From Eledone cirrhosa (lineage: Eukaryota): DNA of 64,000 nucleotides. The notes below the pieces were generated by a model. It saw only the letters and a list, made by a program, of their open reading frames with translations, did no database searches and was not told the origin of the DNA. This document shows, in pieces, positions 12,150-24,493 of this stretch. Numbering within the stretch: position 1 is the stretch's first letter; each line of letters opens with the position of its first letter. The stretch is from positions 65,596,001 through 65,660,000 of the forward strand of contig OZ024744.1 of NCBI GenBank assembly GCA_964016885.1, read 5' to 3'. The position numbers and the translations under genes are program-made.

Positions 12150-12775
12150 AACTTTGGTGGTCTTATTCTCGCCAGTCTCCAATCTGGTACTTTCTCAAAC
12201 CCGTAAATGGAGTTCCACGGAAGTAGGTGGAGAAGTTCAAGTATCTCGGGGCCGAGTTCACGACTGATGGGAGGCAAGAGGCTTAATAAAGTGCAAGAAT
12301 TGCAGGTGCTGGTGCAGTTGTGAGCTAGCTTGAGCATCCAGTCATCAGAAGGAAGGAGGTAGGCGTAAAAACCAAATTCGCTATTTTCAATTCGGTATTT
12401 GTGCCAACCCTTACATATGGTCATGAATCTTGGGTAATGACCGAAAGAATACGATCGCGAATACAAGCAGCCGAAATGGGGTTCCAGAGAGTCAATCCAA
12501 GTAGAGCCGCTACTTCTCTGACTTGAGAGATCACAACTCCGATACTATGGGCACGAGGTTAGAATGTCTCAGGAAAGAATCTTTGGACAGATTTTACGGA
12601 GACCCAGGAGTAGACCCCGGGCAAGGTTAACATCCATGGGCTTGGCTGGTCTCGCTTGGGGATCCAGCCGGATCAGTTGGAGACGGTTGCTTCTGACAGG
12701 ACCTGCTGGAAGGAGTGTTTGAGGTCTCTACCCCCACAACCGTCTCAGGAATAAGTGGGAGAAGAAGAAGAAAAA

Positions 12776-12780
<5 letters not shown>
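12150..12780 (+). mobile_element. RTE (Expander/Rex3-like) LINE 3' end
   Basis: VEKFKYLG; FVPTLTYGHESWVMTERIRSRIQAAEMGF; ERSQLRYYGH; (GAA)n tail. A second copy lies at 46375-46912. Confidence 0.82.

Positions 12781-12856
<76 letters not shown>
12779..12856. repeat. (TG)n microsatellite
   Basis: Seen directly in the sequence. Confidence 0.95.
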
Positions 12857-12859
<3 letters not shown>

Positions 12860-13090
12860 GCAGAGTCGATAGAATGCTTTGTGGGATTCGTTCTGGTTCC
12901 CCGCTCTCTGAGTTCATAGCCTGCCGAGGTCAATTTCACCTTTCATCTTTTCGAGGTCCTCTTCTCGCTTCTTCTTTCTCACTTTCTATCTTTCTCCGGA
13001 GAAATCTGCTGTACTCAGGCCTGGTGAACGCCGTACGAGTGTGTCAACATGGCACCTCTACGACTCGGGAGTTATGAGACTATACCACAA
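12856..13090 (+). mobile_element. Composite SINE variant (SINE head and core plus a distinct 3' module)
   Basis: The SINE core is followed by ctttctatctttctccggagaaatctgctgtactcaggcctgg..tacgactc..gagttatg. The same layout occurs at 32450-32775 (-) and 40170-40505 (+). Confidence 0.7.
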
Positions 13091-14652
13091 AGTGAAAATC
13101 ATTTAGTGCGTGTTTTTTTTGTTTTGTTTTTTTTTGTGCGGGGGGTTGGGGGGGGGGGGCATACTGGCAACATGACCAGCTGCGAAATTTGAATCATTGT
13201 TTCCCCGGTTGGCGAAATATATCTAACCACAGACGACCTCAAGAACTCGGAATAGATAAGCGATTTCATTTATGCGCTACTTTGTTTTGGGGGCCTCAAG
13301 TCGTCAAACTGTCAAGAAGAATACAGTTTTCTTAGGCCATCTGCTTAGTGTCAACGACTACAGGATTCTCATAAATAGTCTACTTTCTACTGCCCAGTAG
13401 TCAGACCAGTTCCAACTGTTTCTGCCACCAGAACATTGTAGTTGCCAACAGATACACACTCCGACCCGATGGGTCGGCCCTTTCGGCCTGCAAGCCGGGA
13501 CAGTCATATTCCCGTTCGATTCCAGCAAAGGTTAGTTGCAAGCATCTTTTCAAACTAGTACAGCATTCACGCAAAACCAATCACACATACATGACACAAC
13601 TACACTTTGACTCTTTGTTGTTTCCATGCGTTGTTAAAATAACTTCGACGTAAGTTATTTCTTAATAAAAGTTATGAAAGTAACAGTGTTTGTTATTGTT
13701 CATTAAATATTGCCAATAGCAGCTTCACTTTCAACCTGCAAATTGTTTATTCGTTTCGTTTGTATCGTTTCATTTCATCTCCAATTTGATTTGCAGGATT
13801 TTGCGACGCTACAGAGTATTTCTTCTAAACTTGCATATATCTGTATATATATATAAAGACGAAGTTTTCTGTATGTATGTGTGTGTATGTGTGTGTGAAC
13901 AATTTTTAATGAGGGCTCATAGATTCTAAACCATTCATGCGATTTCTTTGAAATTTTTTACAGAGCTTCTCCTTGTACAAAACCTGTACATGATCTACAA
14001 AGGCTTTCAAAAATCGATATTGGGGCCTTTGGAGACATTAAAAAAGTTTCGGTTATTTGTGTCAATTTTCGTGATTAAGTGAGACAAGACTTATCTTTTG
14101 TAATTCGGCTCATTCGGATTTTAATTTACTCTTTGTACTTGAAACAAAAGGTACGCTTCCTTGAGACTAACAATATCATTTTGTATATTTCACAACCAAC
14201 AATTTCTAACAGATTACTAAGTTAAGTTATAGATTTGACATTGTATAATTTATCGTTTCAAGCTTGATGTTCATACATTAAGTGATGTCATAACTTTTAC
14301 AATATTATGCTTTGTACATAATAGTGTCTATTATTCACTTCACTTCTCTATTTCATGATGCGCTTTTACTGTTGTCAAAAAAATGTATACCTAGACTTAC
14401 ATGGTATAACGGATGACACCGAGCTTACATATTAATTATTTCGCTGGAATAGTGCCTAAGGTTTTCATGTTTACATAAAGAACGTTTTTCTTCTATGTAT
14501 ACAAATTTACTTTGTTTAGCATCTGACGAAGGCACATGAATAACCTCGTCTTAACTACCACTATTTAATAAACGAAGATGATGATGATGATGATGATACA
14601 CGCGCGCGTGCACACACACACATATATATGTGCAGATGTTTATATACATATA

Positions 14653-14691
<39 letters not shown>

Positions 14692-14923
14692 GTGTGTGTG
14701 TCTGCCTGCGTGTGTGCATACATCTATATGCGCATGTATATATATATCTGACTGGAAGCTGACCATTTAGCCTACACGGGAGGAAGAATATTTCACTTGG
14801 GAAATGCAATATATTGACCAAGTTATCAACAAATTTAACATTTTTTAATTACCATTGCTGATAGCAGAAGGCCGAGGCACTGTTGGATGATATGATATCT
14901 GTCAGTAAATCCCTTATTCAAGA

Positions 14924-15102
14924 TAATTGTTTCTACTTTTGGCACAAGACCAGCAATTACCCAGTGCATTACTGGTACTTTATTTTATCGACCCCGAAAG
15001 GATGAAAGGCAAAGTTAACCTCGGCGGGATTTGAACTCAGTCCGTAAAGGGATGTAACTATGCTGGAAAGCATGGCGTCCGACTCTCTACCGATACTGTC
15101 CA
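14924..15102 (-). mobile_element. tRNA-derived SINE
   Basis: Reverse complement of the family consensus. Confidence 0.85.
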
Positions 15103-15413
15103 AGATAATGGTCAGTAGACTTAGGTGGATGGCTAGCAGGCATTTAGACCATGCCCATCGATGAGTAGAGAGAATCTAAGATTATACTAATATATGTGGG
15201 ATGAATTCTGAGTATTGAACATTTAAGTTCTTCAGTCCATCATGATCACAAATTTTATGTAACTCTTTTATTACTTGTAACATGGCGTCAGATGAAGTCG
15301 TGTCTGACATAATTAATATAACGTAACGACTGGCAGTCACCACGGAAATGTCTATAAGTTCAGCTTATTAAATAAATTGAAGTAGGTTAAAGTAGAACAC
15401 TATCTTTATATTC

Positions 15414-15532
<119 letters not shown>

Positions 15533-15670
15533 AGAGAGGGACAGAGAGATTTTGTGGTGCTAAGATCCGGGAGACCACTGATCATGGGAGTACTAAATGC
15601 ATGGAGAGATGCGGAATGGGTATTGAGATATGTAAAATTGTGTCACACAAGTCGAAACCGCTTAGCGTCA

Positions 15671-15785
<115 letters not shown>

Positions 15786-15867
15786 AAAGTTCTATTTAAA
15801 TTGTTGGGATACAACAAGCAAATATTTTTATAACTGATATAAAGCACTCGACAAGTATTTGGAGTAA

Positions 15868-16228
15868 ATATACGATATTAACAAATGGAAACTATATTTA
15901 TAAAACCATATCTATTTTATTATACATATTTCAAGGATACCATGTTAAATTATGGTATGCTTTCATCAGACAATATACAATATATACCAGTTTTATAAAT
16001 AAATATTGACATACCCTTTCAAAATGCAACCGTTACTTTTGGAAGACATCAGGGATAAAGTAACGGTTGCATTTTGAAAGGGTATGTCAATATTTATTTA
16101 TAAAACTGGTATATATTGTATATTGTCTGATGAAAGCATACCATAATTTAACATGGTATCCTTGAAATATGTATAATAAAATAGATATGGTTTTATAAAT
16201 ATAGTTTCCATTTGTTAATATCGTATAT
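15868..16228. repeat. 361 bp palindrome (two 172 bp arms, 17 bp spacer) with a hammerhead motif in each arm
   Basis: Arms 15868-16039 and 16057-16228 look like perfect reverse complements by eye. Right arm: CTGATGA(16127) ataccat..atggtat GAAA(16164) tatgta TA ataa. The tail at 15783-15867 (-) is homologous to 4040-4125. Confidence 0.95.
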
Positions 16229-16233
16229 ATATA

Positions 16234-16614
16234 AGAAGCGAAGCAAAGTTAATAGTTATCGTTAGAAGAAATAACTCGAATAACTAGTTTACTGTTGATA
16301 TAATATTTACTCCACTTCAGTCAAAAAGAACAACAAATATGTTACCACGAGTTGCAAAGGTTGACGATGTTATTTTGTTGTTGCTGTGAAAACAATGAGC
16401 GAGCAGATAATGTTTGTTGGTGGTTGCAGTCGGTGGTAGTAGTCCTCGTCATGATTGAATTCTCTCTCTCTTCCACCGGCTATTTATATCCCCAGCTTTC
16501 TGTCCCCTGCCTCGAGGGATCGCCAACGCATCAACTTGTTAACGCCAAAAGGGTGGTGACCTAGAATTTGACCTTTAGGTGTCACTCAGGGTTCGAGGTG
16601 TGGACAGGTTTCGC
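16234..16614 (-). repeat. Gypsy 3' LTR
   Basis: Direct repeat of 21036-21416, with about 7 substitutions and one 2 bp indel counted by eye. Confidence 0.92.
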
Positions 16615-16791
16615 CTAGATCGATGCGGGAGCGGCGATCGATAATTGAAAAGTTAGCGAAAGAGAAAGAGAAAAAAAAGTTTATATTAGTTCAACTCTGT
16701 TTCTCTCCTACCACACACTAGTTGTTGTTCATGTCCATAAAGTCTCCATCACAACTTTATTTTTTTTAACATCTCCAGATATAGATTTTTT

Positions 16792-16922
16792 TTTTTTATT
16801 TTAAATGTTACATTTTTTTACATTTTTTTATTTTAAATGTTACATTTTTTTACATTTTTTATTTTAAATGTTACATTTTTTTTATATTTTTAATTTTAAA
16901 TGTTACATTTTTTACATTTTTT
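16792..16922. repeat. AT-rich ~31 bp tandem repeat (about 4 copies) in the Gypsy 3' untranslated region
   Basis: Unit ttttattttaaatgttacatttttttacatt. Confidence 0.8.
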
Positions 16923-19900
16923 TGTTATATGTTCTTTATAAGATAAGACCAGTAAACAATTAAATGAAAATGAACAAATTATCGATGAGATGAGGAATGT
17001 TACTTGCCATATTGAGCATAGCGAGATGGCCTGTACACACGTCGATCGGATCTAGTGCTTGTTTTTGGCATGGAGTTCGGATTGCCGGTGTGTTGGGTTA
17101 ACTTGATCTGATGATGAGGGGTCATCCAAATCCACATGAGCTTTTTTTAAACGGTCGACAGACAGCATCCCTCATTCCATTAATGTCCAAAATGAAATGC
17201 TTGGGTGTCCTTTTGAGTACTTGGTAGGGCCCCGAGTATGGTGGTTGCAAAGGAGCCTTGATAGTGTCCCTTCTGACAAAAACGTGTGTCCATTGCTGTA
17301 GGTCGGATGGAACTTGCGTAGTGATGTTTTGAGGGCGTGGGGCAACCGATGGTAGGTTTGCCATGTAAGTCCTCAAGCGATGGATATAGTTCATTGGATC
17401 TGCGGGGTATTTAGACTCAAGGGCAATCATTTGCCTGGGTAATACTAATGTCGTGCCATAAACCATCTCAGCCGGCGTAAAACCAAGTCCTTCCTTTACG
17501 GTGGAGCGAATTCCAAGAAGGATGAGCCTATGTCAACAACAGTTGACATAGGCTCTGAGAGCCGATTTTAATTGCCGATTGAAACATTCCACCATACCAT
17601 TAGCTACACAGGGTGATAGGCTGTTGTACGTGTTCGACTACAACCTAGGAGGCGTGTCAATTCTTGAAAAATGTTTGATTCGAACTGGCCACCTCTGTCC
17701 GTTGTTATGGTAGAAGGTGTGCCATAACGCGAAATCCAATGCTGTATTAGCGCCTTGGCAATAGATTCGGTTGTGGTGTCGGAAAGAGGAATGGCCTCAG
17801 GCCACCGGGAGAACCTGTCCACACAGGTCAAAAGGTGCGTGCAACCCTGAGAAGGAGGAGTGGTCCAACGATATCGATGTGTACGTGTTGGAAACGTGCA
17901 TCCGGTGTTGCGAAGGTTCCGAGGGGAGTTCTGATATGATGGTGAATCTTCGCCTTCTGACACTGGACGCAACGTCTGGCCCATTCCCTGACATCCTTGT
18001 CCACACCAACCTAAACAAACCGGGCTGTTAATAATTTCAGGGTAGAGTTGGCTCCAGGATGCGATAGGTTGTGCAGCGCAGAAAAAAACCGAACGTCGAT
18101 GCTGTAGGAGCACATAAGGGCGCGCGTGACCCGTAGACACATCACATCAGAAGAAAAGGGCAGAGGGAGGAATTTGAAAAACAAGGAAGAAGAAGATGAA
18201 GAATTTCGGAGTTTGAGGAGCTCCCCATCCGTCTGTTGAGCGGTGGTGATGTCTCGGAGGCTGATGGGAAAGGAGGTGTGCAGTGCACCCAAGCGTGCGC
18301 GAGAAAGGGCGTCGGCCGCAGAGTTGTCTGAACCTTTAATGTGGTGAATATCCGTAGTATACTGGGATATAAAATCCAGGTGGCGCACTTCTCTAGGTGA
18401 GTGGCGGTCAGGCTTGGAATATAGAGCGTACGTGAGAGGTTTATGGTTCGTGTAAATAGAGAACACCGAACCTTCCAACATGTGCCGGAAATGGCTCACA
18501 CTGAGGTACGCTGCCAAAAGTTCCCAATCGAATGTGCTGTACATTGTTTCGGCCGGTTTGAGTCGCCTAGAGAAGAAAGAAATTGGCTGCCACGCATTGT
18601 TGGAGGACGCCACCGACCCCGACATCCGATGCATCAACGAACAGACCAAGCGGTACGTCCGGTTTGGGATGAACTAACATTGTGACCTCTGCTAAGGTCC
18701 GCTTTACTCTCAGAAAAGCGGCCGCTTGTGCGTCATCGAAAGTGATAAGCTGGTTGTTCCGTTTGCACTGCCGTAGGATGTCTGTTAGCGGCTGAAGAGA
18801 CTCTGCACAGCAAGGAATGAACCGGCGGTAAATATTTATGAGGCCAAGGAACTCACGTACTTTCCTCAGTGACGTAGGAGTGGGAAACTCTCACATTGAC
18901 TTAACTTTGTCGTAGAGGGGGCAGATTCCTCGCTCGTCGATGTGGTGTCCCAGAAACTCAAGGGAAGAAACACCGAAAAGGCATTTACTGGGGTTGGTGA
19001 TGACACCAAACTGAGAAAAACGCACGAAGTGTAGTTGTAGGTGCCTTTCGTGTTCCTCGTGGGATGTGCTGGCTACCAGCACATTGTCAATATACGCGTA
19101 GACACAGGGTAAACCACGTACTACTGTGTCGATGAAATGCTGGAAGGTCGATGCAGCATTGCGTAAACCAAATGGCACTCTAAGAAACTCGAAAAGGCCG
19201 AAAGGAGTTGTAATGGCCGTTTTCGGAATGTCGTTAGGTTGAATAGGAATCTGGTTGTACACCCGCCCGAGGTCGATTTTTGAAAAGACCCTAGCTCCGT
19301 GTAGGTTAGCAGAGAACTCCTATATGTGAGGCACCAGATACCTATCGGGTTTGGTTCGCGTGTTAAGAAAGCGAGAGTCTCTACACGGTCGCCAGTCACC
19401 CAAAGATTTCTTGGGAACCAAGTGTGAAGGGGGGAAGACCAACTGCTACTGCATGGACGAACAATGCCCAGTTCCAGCATATGATCAAACTCTGCTTTAG
19501 CGATCTTAGCGCGGTCAGGAGCGAGTCACCTTGGTTTAGAAGATACCGGAGGGCCCTCAGTCACGAGATGATGCGTAACACTGTGGGTCACCGGCCGACT
19601 GTTAAAATTGGGCGCGAGACGTCAAGGTGCCTGCGTAGGATAGCGTCGTATCTGCCGGATTGCACTGGGTTAAAAAAGGGGGGGGGGGCTGAGGGAGGGT
19701 GTTTTGGTGCTGATGCCGCGAATATTGGAGCCCGTGGTGGAATCAATCAGTCTGCTGTGTTTAACGTCCACCAGGAAACCGAAATGGTGTAAGAAATCCG
19801 CTCCTAGGATCGGAGTCGGCAACTTTGCGATGACAAAAACCCACTGGAAAACTCGTTGGAGCCCAAGATCAAGGGTTAAGGACTTTCTCCACATGTGGGT

Positions 19901-21035
19901 ATAGCAGAATGGTTCACTGCCTTGAGAAGGACTCTTGTGGGTTTCTTACTGCCTGACACCGGGGATGATGGTATAACGCTAACCTCAGCTCCGGTGTCCA
20001 CCAGAAAACGAACACCGGTTGATCGGTCGCTAATGTAGAACAAGCGACTAGGTTTGGAAGAGCCAGGTGTAGTTGCCGCCGTTACTACCTGGCCACGTCG
20101 TTTCCCGGCACATAACGGAAACCCCACCTAAAAGAACAGGGCAATAGGCATTTACGGGCCCTTTCGCCGAAGTTACTGTGCTAATAGCACATGGGATCGG
20201 TTGCCCGGGTACGACTCGGATCTCGCGGACGCTGATGGGAATCGCATCGAGTTGAGCTAGCGTTGCTGCGTGATTGTAGCTGTAGTTTAGCCATAAGAGC
20301 ATTCAGTTGCTCGGCTTGTTCTTCCAACCGAGCCTCGAGCGCCACCACCTCCGAAACAGAAGACGAAGGAGAAGAATTAGAAAATGAGGAAGAAAGAGGG
20401 GAAGAAAAAGAGCTTACTATGGGATTTGTGTGTGTGTCCTGGGTCACGAGTGACAATGGTGCTGCCACCTCCATGATCCTATCGGCTGAATCCGCCAGCT
20501 CCTCGATTGGGGTGGATATTTCACAAATTAATGCTGGTGGCAGCCTTTGTAAGAACAGCTGTTTGAAGATGGCCAGCTCCATTGGGCATTTCTCCTAATA
20601 GTTGCTTTAGGCGTCTTAGGAACTCCTACAGTTTCTTGTCGCCTAACTCCTCTGAATAAAGCAGTTGATTAATTTGTTGCTGCTGCGAGACGGACGTCCG
20701 CTTTATAAGCTCGAACCTATATGTGACATAAGAATATGTGCCTGGTGGTGCTGTAAGCAAATCCCGGATCTGCTGCAGGCTCTCAGGAGGAAGCGCCCCG
20801 ACAACATGGGAAATTTTGGTCCTGTCTGCCGAAATATAGTGCGTTTCAGATTGGGTCTCGATGAATCTGAACCAAATGGTAGGATCATGAGGCCAGATTG
20901 TCGGTATCCGCTTATATGAACGCTTATATTGCTTATATGAACGATGATGCTGGTGATTGTTCCATATTGTTGCGTGATTATCGTTGGTAATTATAGATGG
21001 TTCAGAAAACTGTGTTCTAAAGTCGGGTCACCAAT

Positions 21036-21413
21036 TGAAGCGAAGCAAAGTTAATAGTTATCGTTAGAAGAAATAACTCGAATAACTAGTTTACTGTTGA
21101 TATAATATTTACTCCACTTCAGTCAAAAAGAACAACAAATATGTTACCACGAGTTGCAAAGGTTGACAATGTTATTTTGTTGTTGCTGTGAAAACAATGA
21201 GCGAGCAGATAATGTTTGTTGGTGGTTGCAGTCGGTGGTAGTAGTCCTCGTCATGATTGAATTCTCTCTTCCACCGGCTATTTATATCCCCAGCTTTCTG
21301 TCCCCTGCCTCGAGGGATCGCCAACGGATCAACTTGTTAACGCCAAAAGGGTAGTGACCTAGAATTTGACCTTTAGGTGTCACCCAGGGTTCGAGGCGTA
21401 GACAGGTTTCGCT

Positions 21414-21416
<3 letters not shown>
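21036..21416 (-). repeat. Gypsy 5' LTR
   Basis: TG..CA termini (tgaagcgaa..ttcgctaca) next to the PBS. Confidence 0.92.
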
Positions 21417-21448
<32 letters not shown>

Positions 21449-21527
21449 AATTCAAATTTAGATTCTGGGAGATGTTGATAAATATATTGTACTCTATACT
21501 TTATTGCAACTCTATTTAAAGGCGCAA

Positions 21528-21646
21528 ATTCCTCTGATGATTGATTCGCGTCTCCCATAACTTACTAAAATCGATAGTCGATGATCGATGGCTTAGATCG
21601 ATTTTAAGTTGTGGTTCCTATAATCATGAAATGGCGCCATAAGTAA
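21528..21646 (+). ncRNA. Type I hammerhead motif with a very long stem II
   Basis: ttcct CTGATGA(21534) tgatt..[ccataact..taaaatcgat / atcgatttta..agttgtgg]..aatca t GAAA(21628) TGGCGCCA TA agtaa. Confidence 0.72.
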
Positions 21647-22111
21647 AGAAGAACCTTTTTCCACTTTGAAGTACGCATTTTAACTAAATATGTGCTTTGT
21701 GTGTGTACAAAATACTATGTGATTCTCAAACGATACATGGCTCTTTCCCCCTCTCTCTATGTATATATACATATATCCCTAAATTTGAATTATTGATGCG
21801 CTGGAAAAAAGACCATTGAGCTTTTCTACGGAGAAACACAAATATCATACATTATAGATTATGATAATATATACGTTCTGATACCTTAAATTAGTGTGTC
21901 TGTAACGCCGTAAGCTGAAGGCGTGTCCGCCAAAGTTACCGTTACGTAACGACTGGCTAACACCACAGAAATTCACATAACGGCATTATGTTAACACACA
22001 CACACACACACATATAATAAATTGGCAACATGACCCTCCCAAAGTATAACAATATCTGTTTCAACACACGTTTTCAGATAGGAAATCTTGCAAAAAAAAT
22101 TCAAAAACGAA

Positions 22112-22160
<49 letters not shown>

Positions 22161-22201
22161 TTCAAAATATTAATAAATATAGACATTCATGTGATCAAAT
22201 A

Positions 22202-22267
22202 TATTTTATTATATATATTTCAAAGGTACTGTGCTGTTTCCTCAGTACGTCCTCATCAGATAAAATA
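22202..22267 (-). ncRNA. Type I hammerhead motif, family of 3724-3788
   Basis: The minus strand reads tattttat CTGATGA ggac gtactg..cagtac cttt GAAA tatata TA ataaaata (8 bp stem I). Confidence 0.8.
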
Positions 22268-22342
22268 AATTGATGTCTGCCATACCTCAACTGTGCTGAT
22301 GGTTCAATTCCAGTCTTGGCAGTATATATATATATATATATA

Positions 22343-22442
22343 CAGGGTGTCCCAAAAAATGTATACACACTTTGATTACCTGTACAGGCAATATTTATTA
22401 GAATGCTGTTGATGTGTGTATACAGTTTTTAGGGACACTTTG
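22343..22442. mobile_element. Tc1/mariner-type MITE (~100 bp)
   Basis: TA-cagggtgtcccaaaaaatgtatacaca ... tgtgtatacagtttttagggacactttg-TA: TIRs and a TA target duplication. Confidence 0.75.
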
Positions 22443-22471
22443 TATGTGTGTATACATAATTTATCTATATA

Positions 22472-22503
<32 letters not shown>

Positions 22504-22568
22504 ACACCTCACTCACATTCATTTTCATATTCCTTAATATGGGCTGTGGCCATGCTAGAACAAGGTAA

Positions 22569-22603
<35 letters not shown>

Positions 22604-23039
22604 AACAAGAAAAGAAAACAAAAACAAAGTGACTCATTAATGTTTAATAAAGAATTCTGGGTAACTCAAGTGTTTTACTTCACTCCTACACACTTATACA
22701 CTCTATTTTCGTGAATCCTTGTATAGTTTTTTCTCAGATATTTCCTATATATTACTTCTTACCTAACTGTAAGCAACAGTCTGTATCCTCGCTCTATTCT
22801 GATATAATGTTTAAATAATCAGACCGTAGAAAGAAATAATACTTAACTACTTTTATCAATATATGACTAATTTACTACCACGATAGAATGAATAGAGCCT
22901 AACTAGTTTCTTTCGTAAAACTTCTTAGATAAATTCATGTTTCGTCTTAGAGAGAAAAGTTCAGACAGGACCCGAAATCTCTTCTCTTACGTGAAATACG
23001 AATTTATCTTACATGAGAAATTTCATTAAGCGTTTATTT

Positions 23040-23560
23040 TTTCCTACAATGTGCTCGCTCCACTTGCTAGAAATAACTACCCAGTTTTCCTCAAATCACC
23101 GTCTTAGGAAAGAACGTTTTAAATAATATGGTCCTGTGCTCTGTGGATATCGAAAAAAGACGAGATTGTAAAGACAGGAATTCCTTTGGTTGTAGAGCTA
23201 CTCGTTCGGACTGAACGGGGTTAAACTACTAGTCTTTTGTTTTGCTTTATTTTTCTTTTCTTTTTTTTTTATATAGTCAAAATGTTTTTAATGGGGACAG
23301 GCGATTAGATCGACTGGTATTTATTTATGAGCCAACGAAGAAGCCTTTAAGTGGTAGCATGATCTGCTAGAAATAACAGTTACATTTCCTCAGATCGCAT
23401 CTTACTATCTTTAAAAAACACACAAAAAAATGATGCATTGGGTAACATAGTTGCAGACAACACAATACTCGAAAATAAAAAGAAAAGACAGGATTGTTAG
23501 TGCAGGAATGTCTTTGATCATATGTATTCTGGATCACATTTGACCTGCTGCTAAACTATT
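23040..23560 (+). repeat. Two decayed copies of a dispersed SINE-like repeat (third copy about 25000-25200)
   Basis: Shared tgctagaaataac..cctca(a/g)atc..tcttag/aaa..ggaat..ctttg..gacctg..gctaaac. Confidence 0.55.
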
Positions 23561-24403
23561 TGTATTTATTTTATCGGACCCCAAAATAGATAAAAACCAG
23601 TGAACTTCAACTTTTGAACTTTGAGGAATGTTTTTTTATTGGGAGAGGGGGGGATAAAGACGTAAATATAGGAAAACTATTTATTTTAATGATGCTGCCA
23701 GAATTTAGTAATTTTGCTTTTAGTCAATCCTTCTTGAACTGGTAAATTAAATACCATTTAAATACGACGAATGTAATTGATCATAACCCCATTCCCTAAA
23801 TGTGTGGTCCTCTCTCTTCCTTGTGTCAGAAATTATTATTACTGGCTTGCGCTATTAAGTTATGTCCCTTTACGTTTTTATCATATCAAGGTCGATAAAT
23901 AAAGTATAAGTCAAGTAATAGCATCGATATAATTTATTATATTACTCCTTCCATATTTCTGACCGTGTATGTGTATTAAAAATTATTATTGTTAGTTGTA
24001 ACAATAATATAAACAAATATTATTTATTAAGAATTTCTTCATTATTTCTTATTTGTCATGAGTCACCTACCTTGTTTGTTTCTAATATTCTTACAGGCAG
24101 TATGGGTTTTTTTAATCGTTTTTATTTCATTTCTAAGTAAACACTGTCTGGAACATTACTAACTTGTGTCGTACTCATCATATGTGGTGTACGCCCAAAA
24201 TAGTAGTCATAGATAACAAACTCTATTAGAATTTTAACTATTTCTTCGACGTCTTGGCTACGTCTATCTCTTACATTTGTAACGAAGGAGTTTGTCATTC
24301 ATATAAGTTATATAACTTTATATTCGTGTAGTAAAGAGAGAAAGAGCGCGCGCGCACACTCACACAGACACACTCACTCACTCATATACACGCACGCACA
24401 GAG

Positions 24404-24408
<5 letters not shown>

Positions 24409-24491
<83 letters not shown>
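24409..24491. repeat. (CA)n microsatellite
   Basis: Seen directly in the sequence. Confidence 0.95.

Positions 24492-24493
<2 letters not shown>

Larger units (their letters stand above)
16234..21416 (-). mobile_element. Gypsy/Ty3 LTR retrotransposon, full length, frameshifted
   Basis: LTR pair; PBS tggtgacccgac (21022-21033, -); gag (WPHDPTIWF, ELGDKK, CxxH..C..C); protease FLVDTGAEVSVI/ILGADFL; RT ([30 protein letters not shown]); RNase H (WQPISFFSRRL, ELLAAY, NHKPL); integrase (H..SHPG, VDRFSRW, TDRGGQFES, TTAYHP, PYSGPY). Domain order PR-RT-RH-IN. Confidence 0.95.

Noticed and set aside
13840-14100. Helitron-like 5' end (TC..tatataaag followed by a microsatellite)
   Set aside because: No 3' hairpin/CTAG end could be identified.
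14515-14575. CTGACGA core, plus similar decayed motifs at about 15285-15360 and 21905-21985
   Set aside because: The GAAA or the core is mutated and the stems are incomplete. Possibly decayed hammerheads, but not supportable individually.
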